The position numbers were made by a program, and so were the translations under genes. The notes under the pieces were generated by a model that was not told the origin of the DNA, did not search any database, and saw only the letters and a list, made by a program, of their open reading frames with translations. From Rudaea sp. (GTDB lineage: Bacteria > Pseudomonadota > Gammaproteobacteria > Xanthomonadales > Rhodanobacteraceae), in contig JBDUEI010000023.1 of NCBI GenBank assembly GCA_040002515.1, positions 8,081-72,080 on the forward strand: a DNA stretch of 64,000 nucleotides. Direction: 5' to 3'. This document shows, piece after piece, positions 48,311 through 57,150 of the stretch; position 1 is the first letter of the stretch, and the number at the start of each line of letters is the position of its first letter.

Positions 48311-49192
48311 ATGGGTATCGGGGAAGCATGCGCCGTCGGCAGCGCGTTGACGTGGTCCGGCGGCGTGATCATCTACAAGCGGCTCGGCGAAACCTTGCCG
48401 CCACTGCAGTTGAATCTGCTCAAGAACGTCATCGTGCTGCTGGTGCTGCTTCCCACTTTGCTGCTGTGGCCGGGCGTCGGCTGGCCGACGTTGAGCGTGT
48501 CGGCCACGCTGCTCTCGCTTTTGTCGGGCCTGATCGGCATCGCCGTGGCCGATACGTTGTATTTCCGCGCGTTGAATACGCTCGGCGCGGCGCGCATGGG
48601 CATCATCGGCAATCTGTACAGTCCGTTCGTGATCGTCCTGTCGTTCGCGTTTCTCGCCGAACGGCTCAACGCGCTGCAGATGGCGGGATTCGTGCTCGTA
48701 TCGCTCGGCGTGCTGCTCGTCACGCGACAACGCGCGGAGAAGGTCCTCACACCTCGACAATTGCGGCACGGCGTTCTGTACGGCGCCGCCGCGGTGATCC
48801 TGATGGCGGTGGCCATCGTGATGGTCAAGCGTGTGCTCGAAGGTCAGCCGCTGGTTTGGGTGATCACGCTGCGGCTGGTGGGAGGCGTGATCGGATTGCT
48901 GACCGCATTTTTCTGGCAGCGCGAACCGCTGCTCGCCCACGATCCGGCGTTGCCGACATTGCGCTGGCGCGTGTTGGTGGCCGGCGCGCTGCTCGGTCAA
49001 TACGTATCGATGATGTTGTGGCTCGCAGGATACAAATATACGCAGGCGTCTATCGCTGCGATCTTGAACGAAACGTCGTCGATCTTCATCGTCCTGCTGG
49101 CGTGGATTTTCCTGCGCGAGGAACTCACCGTCCGCAAGGTGATCGGCGTTGCGTTTACGATTTCAGGCGTCGCCTGCATGCTCATGGCGTAG
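48311..49192 (+). CDS. DMT/EamA family transporter
   Basis: About 10 TM in two repeats; ADTLYFRAL; FLAERL; FLREEL. Confidence 0.9.
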   Translation: MGIGEACAVGSALTWSGGVIIYKRLGETLPPLQLNLLKNVIVLLVLLPTLLLWPGVGWPTLSVSATLLSLLSGLIGIAVADTLYFRALNTLGAARMGIIGNLYSPFVIVLSFAFLAERLNALQMAGFVLVSLGVLLVTRQRAEKVLTPRQLRHGVLYGAAAVILMAVAIVMVKRVLEGQPLVWVITLRLVGGVIGLLTAFFWQREPLLAHDPALPTLRWRVLVAGALLGQYVSMMLWLAGYKYTQASIAAILNETSSIFIVLLAWIFLREELTVRKVIGVAFTISGVACMLMA

Positions 49193-49289
49193 CGCTTTTG
49201 CCGATGCGCGACATAAGTTGCATACACGCGGCTGCGACGGGTTTGCTAAGGTGTTCGTCTGGATAGCGAGTTCTCTTCGCAGAGCGATC

Positions 49290-50093
49290 ATGACGCAAGC
49301 GATTCTTCCAGTATCGGACACCCTTGCCGCCGGCACCGCACGCGGCTTGCGCTCCTCGCGCAAACCGCGCTATTTGCAAGTGGCCGATGCGTTGCGCGAC
49401 GAGATCCGCCACGGCGATCATCCGGTCGGCCGCCACTTGCCGACCGAAACGGCGATCTGCAAACGCTTTTCCATTAGCCGTTTCACCGCACGCGCGGCGC
49501 TGCGCCTGCTCGAGGAACAGGGACTGATTTCGCGCCGACGCGGTTCGGGCACGACCGTACGCAGCGCCGAAGCGCAAATCAGCTACGACCAGCACGTACG
49601 CACCATCGACGATCTTCTGCAATACACCAACGCGACCGGATTCCAGTTTCTGTATACCGATCGCGTCGATGCCGATTCGACGTTGGCCGGCTGGCTGAAT
49701 ATCCGCGTCGGCACCGAATGTATACATTTGCACGGCATACGCTATCACCGCCGCACGCACGAGCCGTATTGCTTAGGCGAAGTTTACCGGCGCGCGAGCT
49801 GGCAAGGATTGCCGCAAGGATTCGCGCGCATGGAAGATGCGATGCGCATGATGATCGAAGAGGAATTCAATCATCGCATCGGCAAAGTCGAGCAATCGCT
49901 GAGCGCCGTTGCGATCACCGAAGAACAGGCCCACGAACTCAAAGTGCCGAACGGCACGCCGGGATTCCGCAGCGTGCGCCGTTATTTCGATTTGAAGGGC
50001 CGGCTCGTGCTCGTGGCCGTCACCTTGCATCCCGGCCATCTCTTCAGCTACTTCGCACGATACGAACGCACCGACCCGGCCCTGCACGTCTAG
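49290..50093 (+). CDS. GntR (HutC/UTRA) transcriptional regulator
   Basis: PRYLQVADALR..LPTE...FSISRFTARAAL..GLISRRRGSGT; UTRA-like C-terminus. Confidence 0.9.
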   Translation: MTQAILPVSDTLAAGTARGLRSSRKPRYLQVADALRDEIRHGDHPVGRHLPTETAICKRFSISRFTARAALRLLEEQGLISRRRGSGTTVRSAEAQISYDQHVRTIDDLLQYTNATGFQFLYTDRVDADSTLAGWLNIRVGTECIHLHGIRYHRRTHEPYCLGEVYRRASWQGLPQGFARMEDAMRMMIEEEFNHRIGKVEQSLSAVAITEEQAHELKVPNGTPGFRSVRRYFDLKGRLVLVAVTLHPGHLFSYFARYERTDPALHV

Positions 50094-50150
50094 CCGCGCG
50101 ACCGGTAAAAAGCGGACAATTCGGGCTCACCGACGCCAGCGGAGCCGGCA

Positions 50151-51752
50151 ATGAGCGAGCGCGAATTCATGGAGTACGACGTCGTCATCGTCGGCGCCGG
50201 TCCGGCCGGACTGGCGCTCGCGATCCGGCTCAAACAGCTCAAGCCGGACATCCGCGTTTGCGTGATCGAGAAAGCCTCGACCATCGGCGCGCACATTCTT
50301 TCCGGCGCGGTGATCGAACCGCAAGCGCTCAACGAACTTTTGCCGGAATGGGGAAAGAATCCGCCACCGATTTGCGTGCCCGTCACCGGCGACGAATTCT
50401 GGTGGCTGCGCGATCACGAACGCGCGATGAAATTGCCCGCGCCGCCGCAGATGCACAACCATGGCAACTTCATCGTATCGCTCGGCGCGTTGTGCGCGTG
50501 GCTCGCGCCGCAGGCCGAAGCACTGGGCGTCGAGATTTATCCCGGCTTCGCGGCGGCCGATGTTTTCTACAACGCCGACGGTTCCGTCGGCGGCGTGAAA
50601 ATCGGCGACATGGGCGTGGCCAAAGACGGTTCGCACAAACCCGGCTACACGCAAGGCATCGATATCAAAGCGCCGATCACCGTACTGGCCGAAGGCGCGC
50701 GCGGCAGTCTCACCAAACAACTCATCAAAAAATTCCAGCTCGATAAAAATAGCGATCCGCAAACCTACGGCATCGGCATCAAGGAACTGTGGCAACTGCC
50801 AGCCGGCCGCGTCGAAGCCGGCAAAGTGATCCATACGCTCGGTTGGCCGCTCGACGATCGCACCTACGGCGGAAGCTTCATCTACAACCTCGACAAGGAT
50901 CGCATCGCCATCGGCTTTGTCACTGGGCTCGATTACGAAGACGCGATGTTGTCGCCGTTCGAAGCGTTTCAGCAGCTCAAGCATCATCCGCGCATCAAAC
51001 CGTTGCTCGACGGCGGAAGTATCCTGTCGGCCGGCGCGCGCGCGATCGTCGAAGGTGGTTATCAATCGCTGCCCACGTGCGAAATGCCGGGAGCGATGTT
51101 GATCGGCGACACGGCCGGGCTTCTGAACGTGCCGAAGATCAAGGGCACGCATCAGGCGATCCGGTCGGGCATGCTCGCCGCGGAACATATCGTCACGGCG
51201 AATACCGCTGCGGGCTGGGACAAGAAATTACGCGCCTCGCCGATCATGAGCGAACTGCGCAAAGTGCGGAATATCCGTCCCGGATTCAACAAAGGTTTCT
51301 GGATGGGTATGGCCAACGCCGGCTGGGAAACCGTCACCGCCGGACTCTCGCCGTGGACGCTGCACAATCACGCCGATCACACGGCGCTTGAAAAAGTGGA
51401 AGAGTATACTTCGCCGAAAAAGGATTACGTCGAGCGCACGCTACCGCCACGCGACCGTCTCGCCGAAGTCTACTTCGCCGCGACCGAACACGACGAAGAC
51501 CAGCCCGTCCATCTGCACGTACTGGACCCGACCATCTGCGTCACGCGTTGCGCGCAGGAATACCAAAACCCCTGCACGCGCTTCTGTCCCGCCGGCGTCT
51601 ATGAAATCGTCGGCGACGGCGCCGACAAACGCCTGCACATCAACGCAGCCAATTGCGTGCATTGCAAAACGTGCGACATCAAGGACCCGTACGGCATCAT
51701 CAACTGGGTGACGCCGGAAGGCGGCAGCGGGCCGAATTACCAGAATCTCTGA
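50151..51752 (+). CDS. Electron transfer flavoprotein-ubiquinone oxidoreductase
   Basis: GAGPAG FAD motif; HILSGA; IKGTH; C-terminal CPA..NCVHCKTCDIKDP..PEGGSGPNY. Confidence 0.96.
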   Translation: MSEREFMEYDVVIVGAGPAGLALAIRLKQLKPDIRVCVIEKASTIGAHILSGAVIEPQALNELLPEWGKNPPPICVPVTGDEFWWLRDHERAMKLPAPPQMHNHGNFIVSLGALCAWLAPQAEALGVEIYPGFAAADVFYNADGSVGGVKIGDMGVAKDGSHKPGYTQGIDIKAPITVLAEGARGSLTKQLIKKFQLDKNSDPQTYGIGIKELWQLPAGRVEAGKVIHTLGWPLDDRTYGGSFIYNLDKDRIAIGFVTGLDYEDAMLSPFEAFQQLKHHPRIKPLLDGGSILSAGARAIVEGGYQSLPTCEMPGAMLIGDTAGLLNVPKIKGTHQAIRSGMLAAEHIVTANTAAGWDKKLRASPIMSELRKVRNIRPGFNKGFWMGMANAGWETVTAGLSPWTLHNHADHTALEKVEEYTSPKKDYVERTLPPRDRLAEVYFAATEHDEDQPVHLHVLDPTICVTRCAQEYQNPCTRFCPAGVYEIVGDGADKRLHINAANCVHCKTCDIKDPYGIINWVTPEGGSGPNYQNL

Positions 51753-51759
51753 GTCAAAC

Positions 51760-51792
51760 AAAAACGGCGACCGCCTTAGCGATCGCCGTTTT
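51760..51792. terminator. Bidirectional rho-independent terminator
   Basis: aaaacggcga-ccgccttagcga-tcgccgtttt between convergent genes. Confidence 0.75.
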
Positions 51793-51841
51793 GTGTCCGT
51801 AGCTGGAGCGAATTCCGTTCGCTCAAAACCTTGCTATCGGA

Positions 51842-52144
51842 TCAATTCCAATGACCGCGTTCATAGTGCCAGCGGCCATCACGCTGTTCCCAATTGTCGT
51901 TGACCCAATGATGGCCACGACGTTCGCGGAGGTAGTGTCCTTTCACCCAGACGTGGCGATGGCCGGACCAGTTCCAGTAGCCGGGCGCCCAAACGTAGCC
52001 GCGGCGATCATGCGGCACCACTTCAACGCGGGGTGCGGGCGGGGCGACGTCGATATCGATGTACGTGCGCGCGCTGCTGATACCGGGCGTCAGGCTCGCG
52101 CCTACGCCGATCGCGGCGCAAAACAGTGCTGTCTTGATTGTCAT
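51842..52144 (-). CDS. YXWGXW-repeat small secreted protein
   Basis: Start MTIKTAL after a GGAGG RBS; APPAPRVE..GYVWAPGYWNW..HVWVKGH..GHHWV..W..GHW. Confidence 0.88.
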   Translation of the reverse strand: MTIKTALFCAAIGVGASLTPGISSARTYIDIDVAPPAPRVEVVPHDRRGYVWAPGYWNWSGHRHVWVKGHYLRERRGHHWVNDNWEQRDGRWHYERGHWN

Positions 52145-52283
52145 GTTGCCTCCTTGAGTTTTCATCCCTAAAAATCCTGACCGTGAACGACTCGCGCCGA
52201 CGGTGTGAGTGCACCATACGGCGGCGAGAATGAATTGCGTCGAAACGGCGTGAAGACGGCATGACGCAACGCACCAAGCCAGC

Positions 52284-52796
52284 TCAGGAGGTGGACAACG
52301 ATTCCGCCAGTTTTTGGAGCAGGTGCCGCGTTCCGGTTTCGCGCGATCCCGCATCATCGTAGCCGTCGAGAAATGCGCCCTGCTCGGTGAGTTTCATGCG
52401 AGTGCGATCGCCGTCGGGCGTCAGTTCGATCGTCGCCAGCGAGACCGAAATGAGACGGTCGTCGATATGCATGTGATATGCGTAGACGATGCGTTGACTT
52501 GGAACGATGTCGTGGTAATACGCGTCGAATGCGGATTTCCGGCCGCTTTTCCATTTCCCGACAAGACGCTCGTGACCGCCGACGCGAAATTCGAATTTGC
52601 GTTCGAGCTGGTCCCAATCGCTGGTGCCGCCGAACCATAACGATTTGGCTTTTTCATCGGCGAATGCCTTGAACACCTGCGCGGGTGTGGCATCGAAGTG
52701 ACGATCGATGACGAATGTCGCGTGTTGCGCGGAGTGACTTTTCGGATCTTGCATCGGTTTCGGCGCGAATTTGTCGTCAGTGTTTTTTGCGGGCAT
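52284..52796 (-). CDS. SRPBCC (AHSA1-like) domain protein
   Basis: HATFVIDRHFDATPAQVF; FEFRVGG; DIVPSQRIVYAY; TEQGAFLDG. Confidence 0.9.
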   Translation of the reverse strand: MPAKNTDDKFAPKPMQDPKSHSAQHATFVIDRHFDATPAQVFKAFADEKAKSLWFGGTSDWDQLERKFEFRVGGHERLVGKWKSGRKSAFDAYYHDIVPSQRIVYAYHMHIDDRLISVSLATIELTPDGDRTRMKLTEQGAFLDGYDDAGSRETGTRHLLQKLAESLSTS

Positions 52797-53130
52797 TTTT
52801 CTTCTCCTTTGCGTTGACCTGTTTCAGATACACATCAAGTTGATCGAACTGCTGTTCCCAGAATTGCCGGTATTGCTGAACCCAGTCGCCGGCCTCGCGC
52901 AGGGGCGCGGCCTGCAGACGGCACGGTCGCTTTTGCGCCTGCCGACTGCGTGCGATGAGGCCGGCGCGTTCGAGCACTTTGAGGTGCTTGGAGATCGCAG
53001 GCGCGCTCATCAGGAACGGCGCGGCAAGTTCGTTGACCGACGTTTCGCCCAATGCCAACTTCGCGAGGATCGCGCGGCGCGTAGGGTCGGCCAATGCGGA
53101 GAACGTGGCGTTGAGTCGATCGGCTGTCAT
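52777..53130 (-). CDS. ArsR/SmtB family transcriptional regulator
   Basis: FSALADPTRRAIL; VNELAAPF; AISKHLKVLERAGLI. Confidence 0.93.
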   Translation of the reverse strand: MTADRLNATFSALADPTRRAILAKLALGETSVNELAAPFLMSAPAISKHLKVLERAGLIARSRQAQKRPCRLQAAPLREAGDWVQQYRQFWEQQFDQLDVYLKQVNAKEKKNARKKH

Positions 53131-53133
53131 TTA

Positions 53134-53165
53134 TAAACCATTTGGTTAATTAACCTAATGGGAAA
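53134..53165. promoter_or_regulatory. Putative ArsR operator
   Basis: AT-rich patch with palindrome AACCA-tt-TGGTT (53136-53147) and an imperfect second site ttaacctaatgggaa, directly upstream of the arsR ATG. Confidence 0.55.
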
Positions 53166-53247
53166 TTACAAGAATGAGCTCGACGCGTCAAGTGCTTCAC
53201 TGACGCCGGTTCGCTACGATGCGTTCCTTTTTCACGAGATACCCAAC

Positions 53248-54138
53248 ATGAAACCTCGCATCGCCCTCGTTTCTGCCAAGGCCGCGCGCGATCTCGACGA
53301 CGACCTGCCGCCGTTGCGCGATGTGTTGCGCGATCGAGATGTCGATGTATCGATCGTCGAATGGGACGATCCGAACGCCGAGTGGAATGCGTACGATCTG
53401 GCGCTGATTCGCTCGACGTGGGATTACACGCAGCGCCTGCCCGAGTTTCTCGATTGGGCCGCGTGCGCATCGGCGCAAACGCGTCTGCTCAATCCGGTCG
53501 AGGTGATGCGCTGGAATACCGACAAACATTATTTGCACGATTTGGAGAAATCCGGCGTCGCGATCGTGCCGAGCGCATTCATCGAGCTCGACCGGAACGC
53601 CACAAATGCCGTGGCCGAATTTCTTGCGCGCCACGACGATGCCGAATTCGTCGTCAAACCATCGGTCGGTGCAGGATCGCGCGATGCGCAGCGTTACGTT
53701 CGGCATCAAAAAGACGAAGCTGGCGTTCATGCGCAACGACTGCTCGACGATGCGCGCACGGTTTTGTTGCAGCCGTATCTGGATCGTGTCGATGAGCACG
53801 GCGAAACCGCGTTGATTTTCTTCGGCGGCGTTTTCAGCCACGCCATCCGCAAAGGCCCGCTGTTGCGCAAGAACGAAGGTCCGACGCGTGCGTTGTTCGC
53901 GGCCGAACACATCAGCGCACGCGAGCCATCGCCCGAAGAACGGCAATTGGCGGAAAAAACGCTTGCCGCGATGCCGTTCGCGCAACCCTTGTTGTACGCG
54001 CGTGTGGACATCATCCAGAACCGATCCGGCGCGCCGGTGTTGCTCGAACTCGAATTGACCGAACCCTCGTTGTTCTTCGCTCATGCAGATGGAGCAGCCG
54101 ACCGGTTCGCCGACGCAATTCTCAAGGCCGCGCGCTGA
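53248..54138 (+). CDS. ATP-grasp (RimK/glutathione synthetase-like) protein
   Basis: IRSTWDY; WNTDKHYL; VVKPSVGAG; LYARVD; LLELELTEPSLF. Confidence 0.85.
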   Translation: MKPRIALVSAKAARDLDDDLPPLRDVLRDRDVDVSIVEWDDPNAEWNAYDLALIRSTWDYTQRLPEFLDWAACASAQTRLLNPVEVMRWNTDKHYLHDLEKSGVAIVPSAFIELDRNATNAVAEFLARHDDAEFVVKPSVGAGSRDAQRYVRHQKDEAGVHAQRLLDDARTVLLQPYLDRVDEHGETALIFFGGVFSHAIRKGPLLRKNEGPTRALFAAEHISAREPSPEERQLAEKTLAAMPFAQPLLYARVDIIQNRSGAPVLLELELTEPSLFFAHADGAADRFADAILKAAR

Positions 54139-54267
54139 GCATTTGCGATTGTTTACGACTCGGTTACGTTCTTTTGCCGGCCTTTACGGTCCGCCGGTAA
54201 ACAACTTGGACACTCCGGCGTTATTGTGATCGTGGCTTCCGCCACACACTCACTACCGGAGGTTTTT

Positions 54268-55116
54268 ATGTTTCGCACTATCGCGCGTTCCGTGCTGACG
54301 GCGCTTCCCGTCACGGCACTTTCGGTTTGCGCGCTGGCACAAACAGCCGCACCCGAACATCCGTCGTTCTATCAGCTGATGTTGCAGAAGATGGATTCGA
54401 ACGGTGACGGACGAATCTCGCTCGACGAATACCTCGCCGCGGCGAATACACGTTTCACATCGATCGATGCGCAAGGCAAAGGCGCCGTCGACGCGACCGA
54501 CATCGAAGTCGCACCGACGACCTTGCAGCGCGATCAGAAGATCGCCGATTTCATCGTCAAACGCATGGACAGCGACGGCAAAGGCTACGTATCGGAAGAC
54601 GATTTCGTCGCCAAGGCCAAACAGCGTTTCGCCCGCATGGATACGCGCGGCGATGGCAAACTGACGCCGGACGAACTGTCCGCTCCCCGTCTGCACGAGC
54701 ATCAAAAAGCGGCGCAAAACGCGAATCCCGATGCGCAGGCCAAGCGCGCCGCGTTCGCGCAAAAATATTTCGACCGGATCGATGCGAACCACGACCGCGT
54801 CGTCACGCAAGACGAGTACATCGCCGCCGCCACCGCGCACTTCAACAAGATCGACAAGGATGGCAGCGGCGAGCTCACCGCGCAGCAGATTGCCGCATCG
54901 CCACGCATGGTGAAGCACGAACAGCGCATCGCCTCGCACGAAGTCAAGCGCATGGATACGGACGGCGACGGCACGGTCTCGCAAGCGGAATTCATGGCCG
55001 GGGCCAAAGCGCGTTTCGTCAAGCTCGACAAAAACGCCGATGGTTTCGTCGATGCCGATGAACTGTCCGCGCATCGCTGGGCGCACGCGGGCAAGGCCGC
55101 TGGCGACGGCGGCTGA
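54268..55116 (+). CDS. Secreted multi-EF-hand calcium-binding protein
   Basis: Signal peptide; eight EF-hand-like loops, e.g. DSNGDGRISLDE, DTDGDGTVSQAE, DKNADGFVDADE. Confidence 0.88.
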   Translation: MFRTIARSVLTALPVTALSVCALAQTAAPEHPSFYQLMLQKMDSNGDGRISLDEYLAAANTRFTSIDAQGKGAVDATDIEVAPTTLQRDQKIADFIVKRMDSDGKGYVSEDDFVAKAKQRFARMDTRGDGKLTPDELSAPRLHEHQKAAQNANPDAQAKRAAFAQKYFDRIDANHDRVVTQDEYIAAATAHFNKIDKDGSGELTAQQIAASPRMVKHEQRIASHEVKRMDTDGDGTVSQAEFMAGAKARFVKLDKNADGFVDADELSAHRWAHAGKAAGDGG

Positions 55117-55138
55117 TCCGGAAATTCATTTCCCGAAC

Positions 55139-55163
55139 GGGCCGCGTCTGCGGCCCTTTTTTT
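55139..55163 (+). terminator. Rho-independent terminator
   Basis: gggccgc-gtct-gcggccc followed by a T-run. Confidence 0.85.
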
Positions 55164-55428
55164 GTCCGGTGAGCGCCCCTACGAAGCGTCGTCAGCGCGT
55201 GCGCTCGCGGCGGTAAACAGAGCGAAGAAATCTGTCCAAGCGATGGCCTGCATAAGGGTGCAATTCATTGCGCCCGGCGCCCTTGACGTCCATTGCACTG
55301 CCGGCACCACACCGATTTTTGCGCCTCAACGCACCCCGTTCGCCCCATAACGTGTTCTGGGCTATTCGGTCGCGGTAGAATCGCGTCCCCTCCGCGCTTG
55401 CGGAATGTTCGAGCGGAATCACGAACCC

Positions 55429-56175
55429 ATGAAGATACTGGTCGGCTATAAGCGCGTCGTGGATTACAACGTCCGCGTTCAGGTGAAACCGGATGGATCG
55501 GGCGTGGTCACCGATGGCGTGAAACTCTCGGCCAATCCGTTCGACGACATCGCGCTCGAAGAAGCGTTGCGTCTCCGCGAAAAAGGCATCGCGACGGAAG
55601 TGGTCGTGGTGACGATCGCGCCGGCCGATGCGCAGGCGCATCTTCGCAACGGTCTGGCGATGGGCGCCAATCGCGCCATCCACATCGTTTCGAACGATGC
55701 GGTGCAGCCGTTGACCGCCGCGCGCGCCTTTCTGAAACTGATCGAAAAAGAACAGCCGCAAATCGTCATCCTCGGCAAACAGGCGATCGACGACGACTGC
55801 AACCAGACCGGGCAAATGCTCGCCGCACTGTGGAATCGTCCGCAAGCGACGTTCGCGTCGAAAGTGGAAATCAGCGGCGATGTTGCCAAGGTCACGCGCG
55901 AAGTCGATGCCGGTCTGGAAACGATCGAAGTCGATCTGCCCGCCGTGATCACCACCGATCTGCGCCTCAACGAACCGCGCTTCATCAAGCTGCCGGATAT
56001 CATGAAGGCGAAATCCAAGCCGATGGAAACGATCGAATTCGCATCGCTCGGCATCGAATCCGGCGATCATCTGAAGACCACGACTTATTCTCCGCCCGCC
56101 AAACGCAGCCGAGGCGTGATGGTGAAAGACGCCGCGGAATTGGTCGCGACGCTGAAGACGAAAGGATTGCTGTGA
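55429..56175 (+). CDS. etfB: Electron transfer flavoprotein beta subunit
   Basis: KRVVDYNV; NPFDDIALEEA; GKQAIDDD; DLRLNEPR. Confidence 0.96.
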   Translation: MKILVGYKRVVDYNVRVQVKPDGSGVVTDGVKLSANPFDDIALEEALRLREKGIATEVVVVTIAPADAQAHLRNGLAMGANRAIHIVSNDAVQPLTAARAFLKLIEKEQPQIVILGKQAIDDDCNQTGQMLAALWNRPQATFASKVEISGDVAKVTREVDAGLETIEVDLPAVITTDLRLNEPRFIKLPDIMKAKSKPMETIEFASLGIESGDHLKTTTYSPPAKRSRGVMVKDAAELVATLKTKGLL

Positions 56176-57119
56176 TGTCCAAAATTCTGATCATCGCCGA
56201 ACATCTCAACGGCAAATTGAATTCGTCGACCGCGCGCTGCGTGTCGTGCGCGAACGACATGAAGGCCGAATCGATCGATATCGTCGTATTGTCCGATGAC
56301 GCGGCAGCGATCGCTGCGGAAGCCGCGGCCATCGCCGGCGTCGGCAAAGTGCTGACGGTGACGAATGCCGCGAACGCGCACGCGCTGGCGGCCATCTACG
56401 CGCCGCAGATCGTTGCCGTCGCGAAAAACGGCTATACGCACGTGCTCGCGCCGTCGACCACATTCGGCAAGGATGTCGCACCGCGTGTCGCCGCGCTGCT
56501 CGGCGTAGCGCAGGTTTCCGACATCATGAAAGTGGAAAACGCGAACACGTTCCAGCGCCCGACCTATGCGGGCAACGCGATCGTGACCGTGCAGGCGCCC
56601 GCCGATCAGATGCTCGTCGCGACAGTCCGCACTGCCTCGTATGCGGCGGCGGCAGGCGGCGGCAGTGCGACGATCGAAGCAGCGAACGTTTCCGTCGAGC
56701 TGCCGACGCATACGCGTTTCGTCGAACTCGCGCAGGGCAAGAGCGATCGGCCCGATCTGCAAGGCGCGGCGCGCGTGGTTTCTGGCGGACGCGGCGTAGG
56801 ATCGGCGGAGAATTTCGCGATCATCTTCAAGCTCGCCGACAAACTCGGCGCGGCGGTCGGCGCGTCGCGCGCGGCCGTGGATGCGGGCTACGTGCCGAGC
56901 GATCTTCAGGTCGGCCAGACCGGCAAGATCATCGCGCCGGAACTGTACATGGCCATCGGCATTTCCGGTGCGATTCAGCATCTCACCGGTATCAAGGATG
57001 CGGGCACGATCGTGGCGATCAACAAAGACGGCGAAGCGCCGATTTTCGAGGTCGCCGACATCGGTCTGGTCGGCGATCTGTTCAAGATCATCCCGGAACT
57101 GGAAAACGCGCTGGGCTGA
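56175..57119 (+). CDS. etfA: Electron transfer flavoprotein alpha subunit
   Basis: [10 protein letters not shown]; VVSGGRG; [10 protein letters not shown]; QVGQTGK; GISGAIQH. Confidence 0.96.
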   Translation: MSKILIIAEHLNGKLNSSTARCVSCANDMKAESIDIVVLSDDAAAIAAEAAAIAGVGKVLTVTNAANAHALAAIYAPQIVAVAKNGYTHVLAPSTTFGKDVAPRVAALLGVAQVSDIMKVENANTFQRPTYAGNAIVTVQAPADQMLVATVRTASYAAAAGGGSATIEAANVSVELPTHTRFVELAQGKSDRPDLQGAARVVSGGRGVGSAENFAIIFKLADKLGAAVGASRAAVDAGYVPSDLQVGQTGKIIAPELYMAIGISGAIQHLTGIKDAGTIVAINKDGEAPIFEVADIGLVGDLFKIIPELENALG

Positions 57120-57150
57120 TTGCTCAATCAAAGCGCGCGCAATCAAGGCA

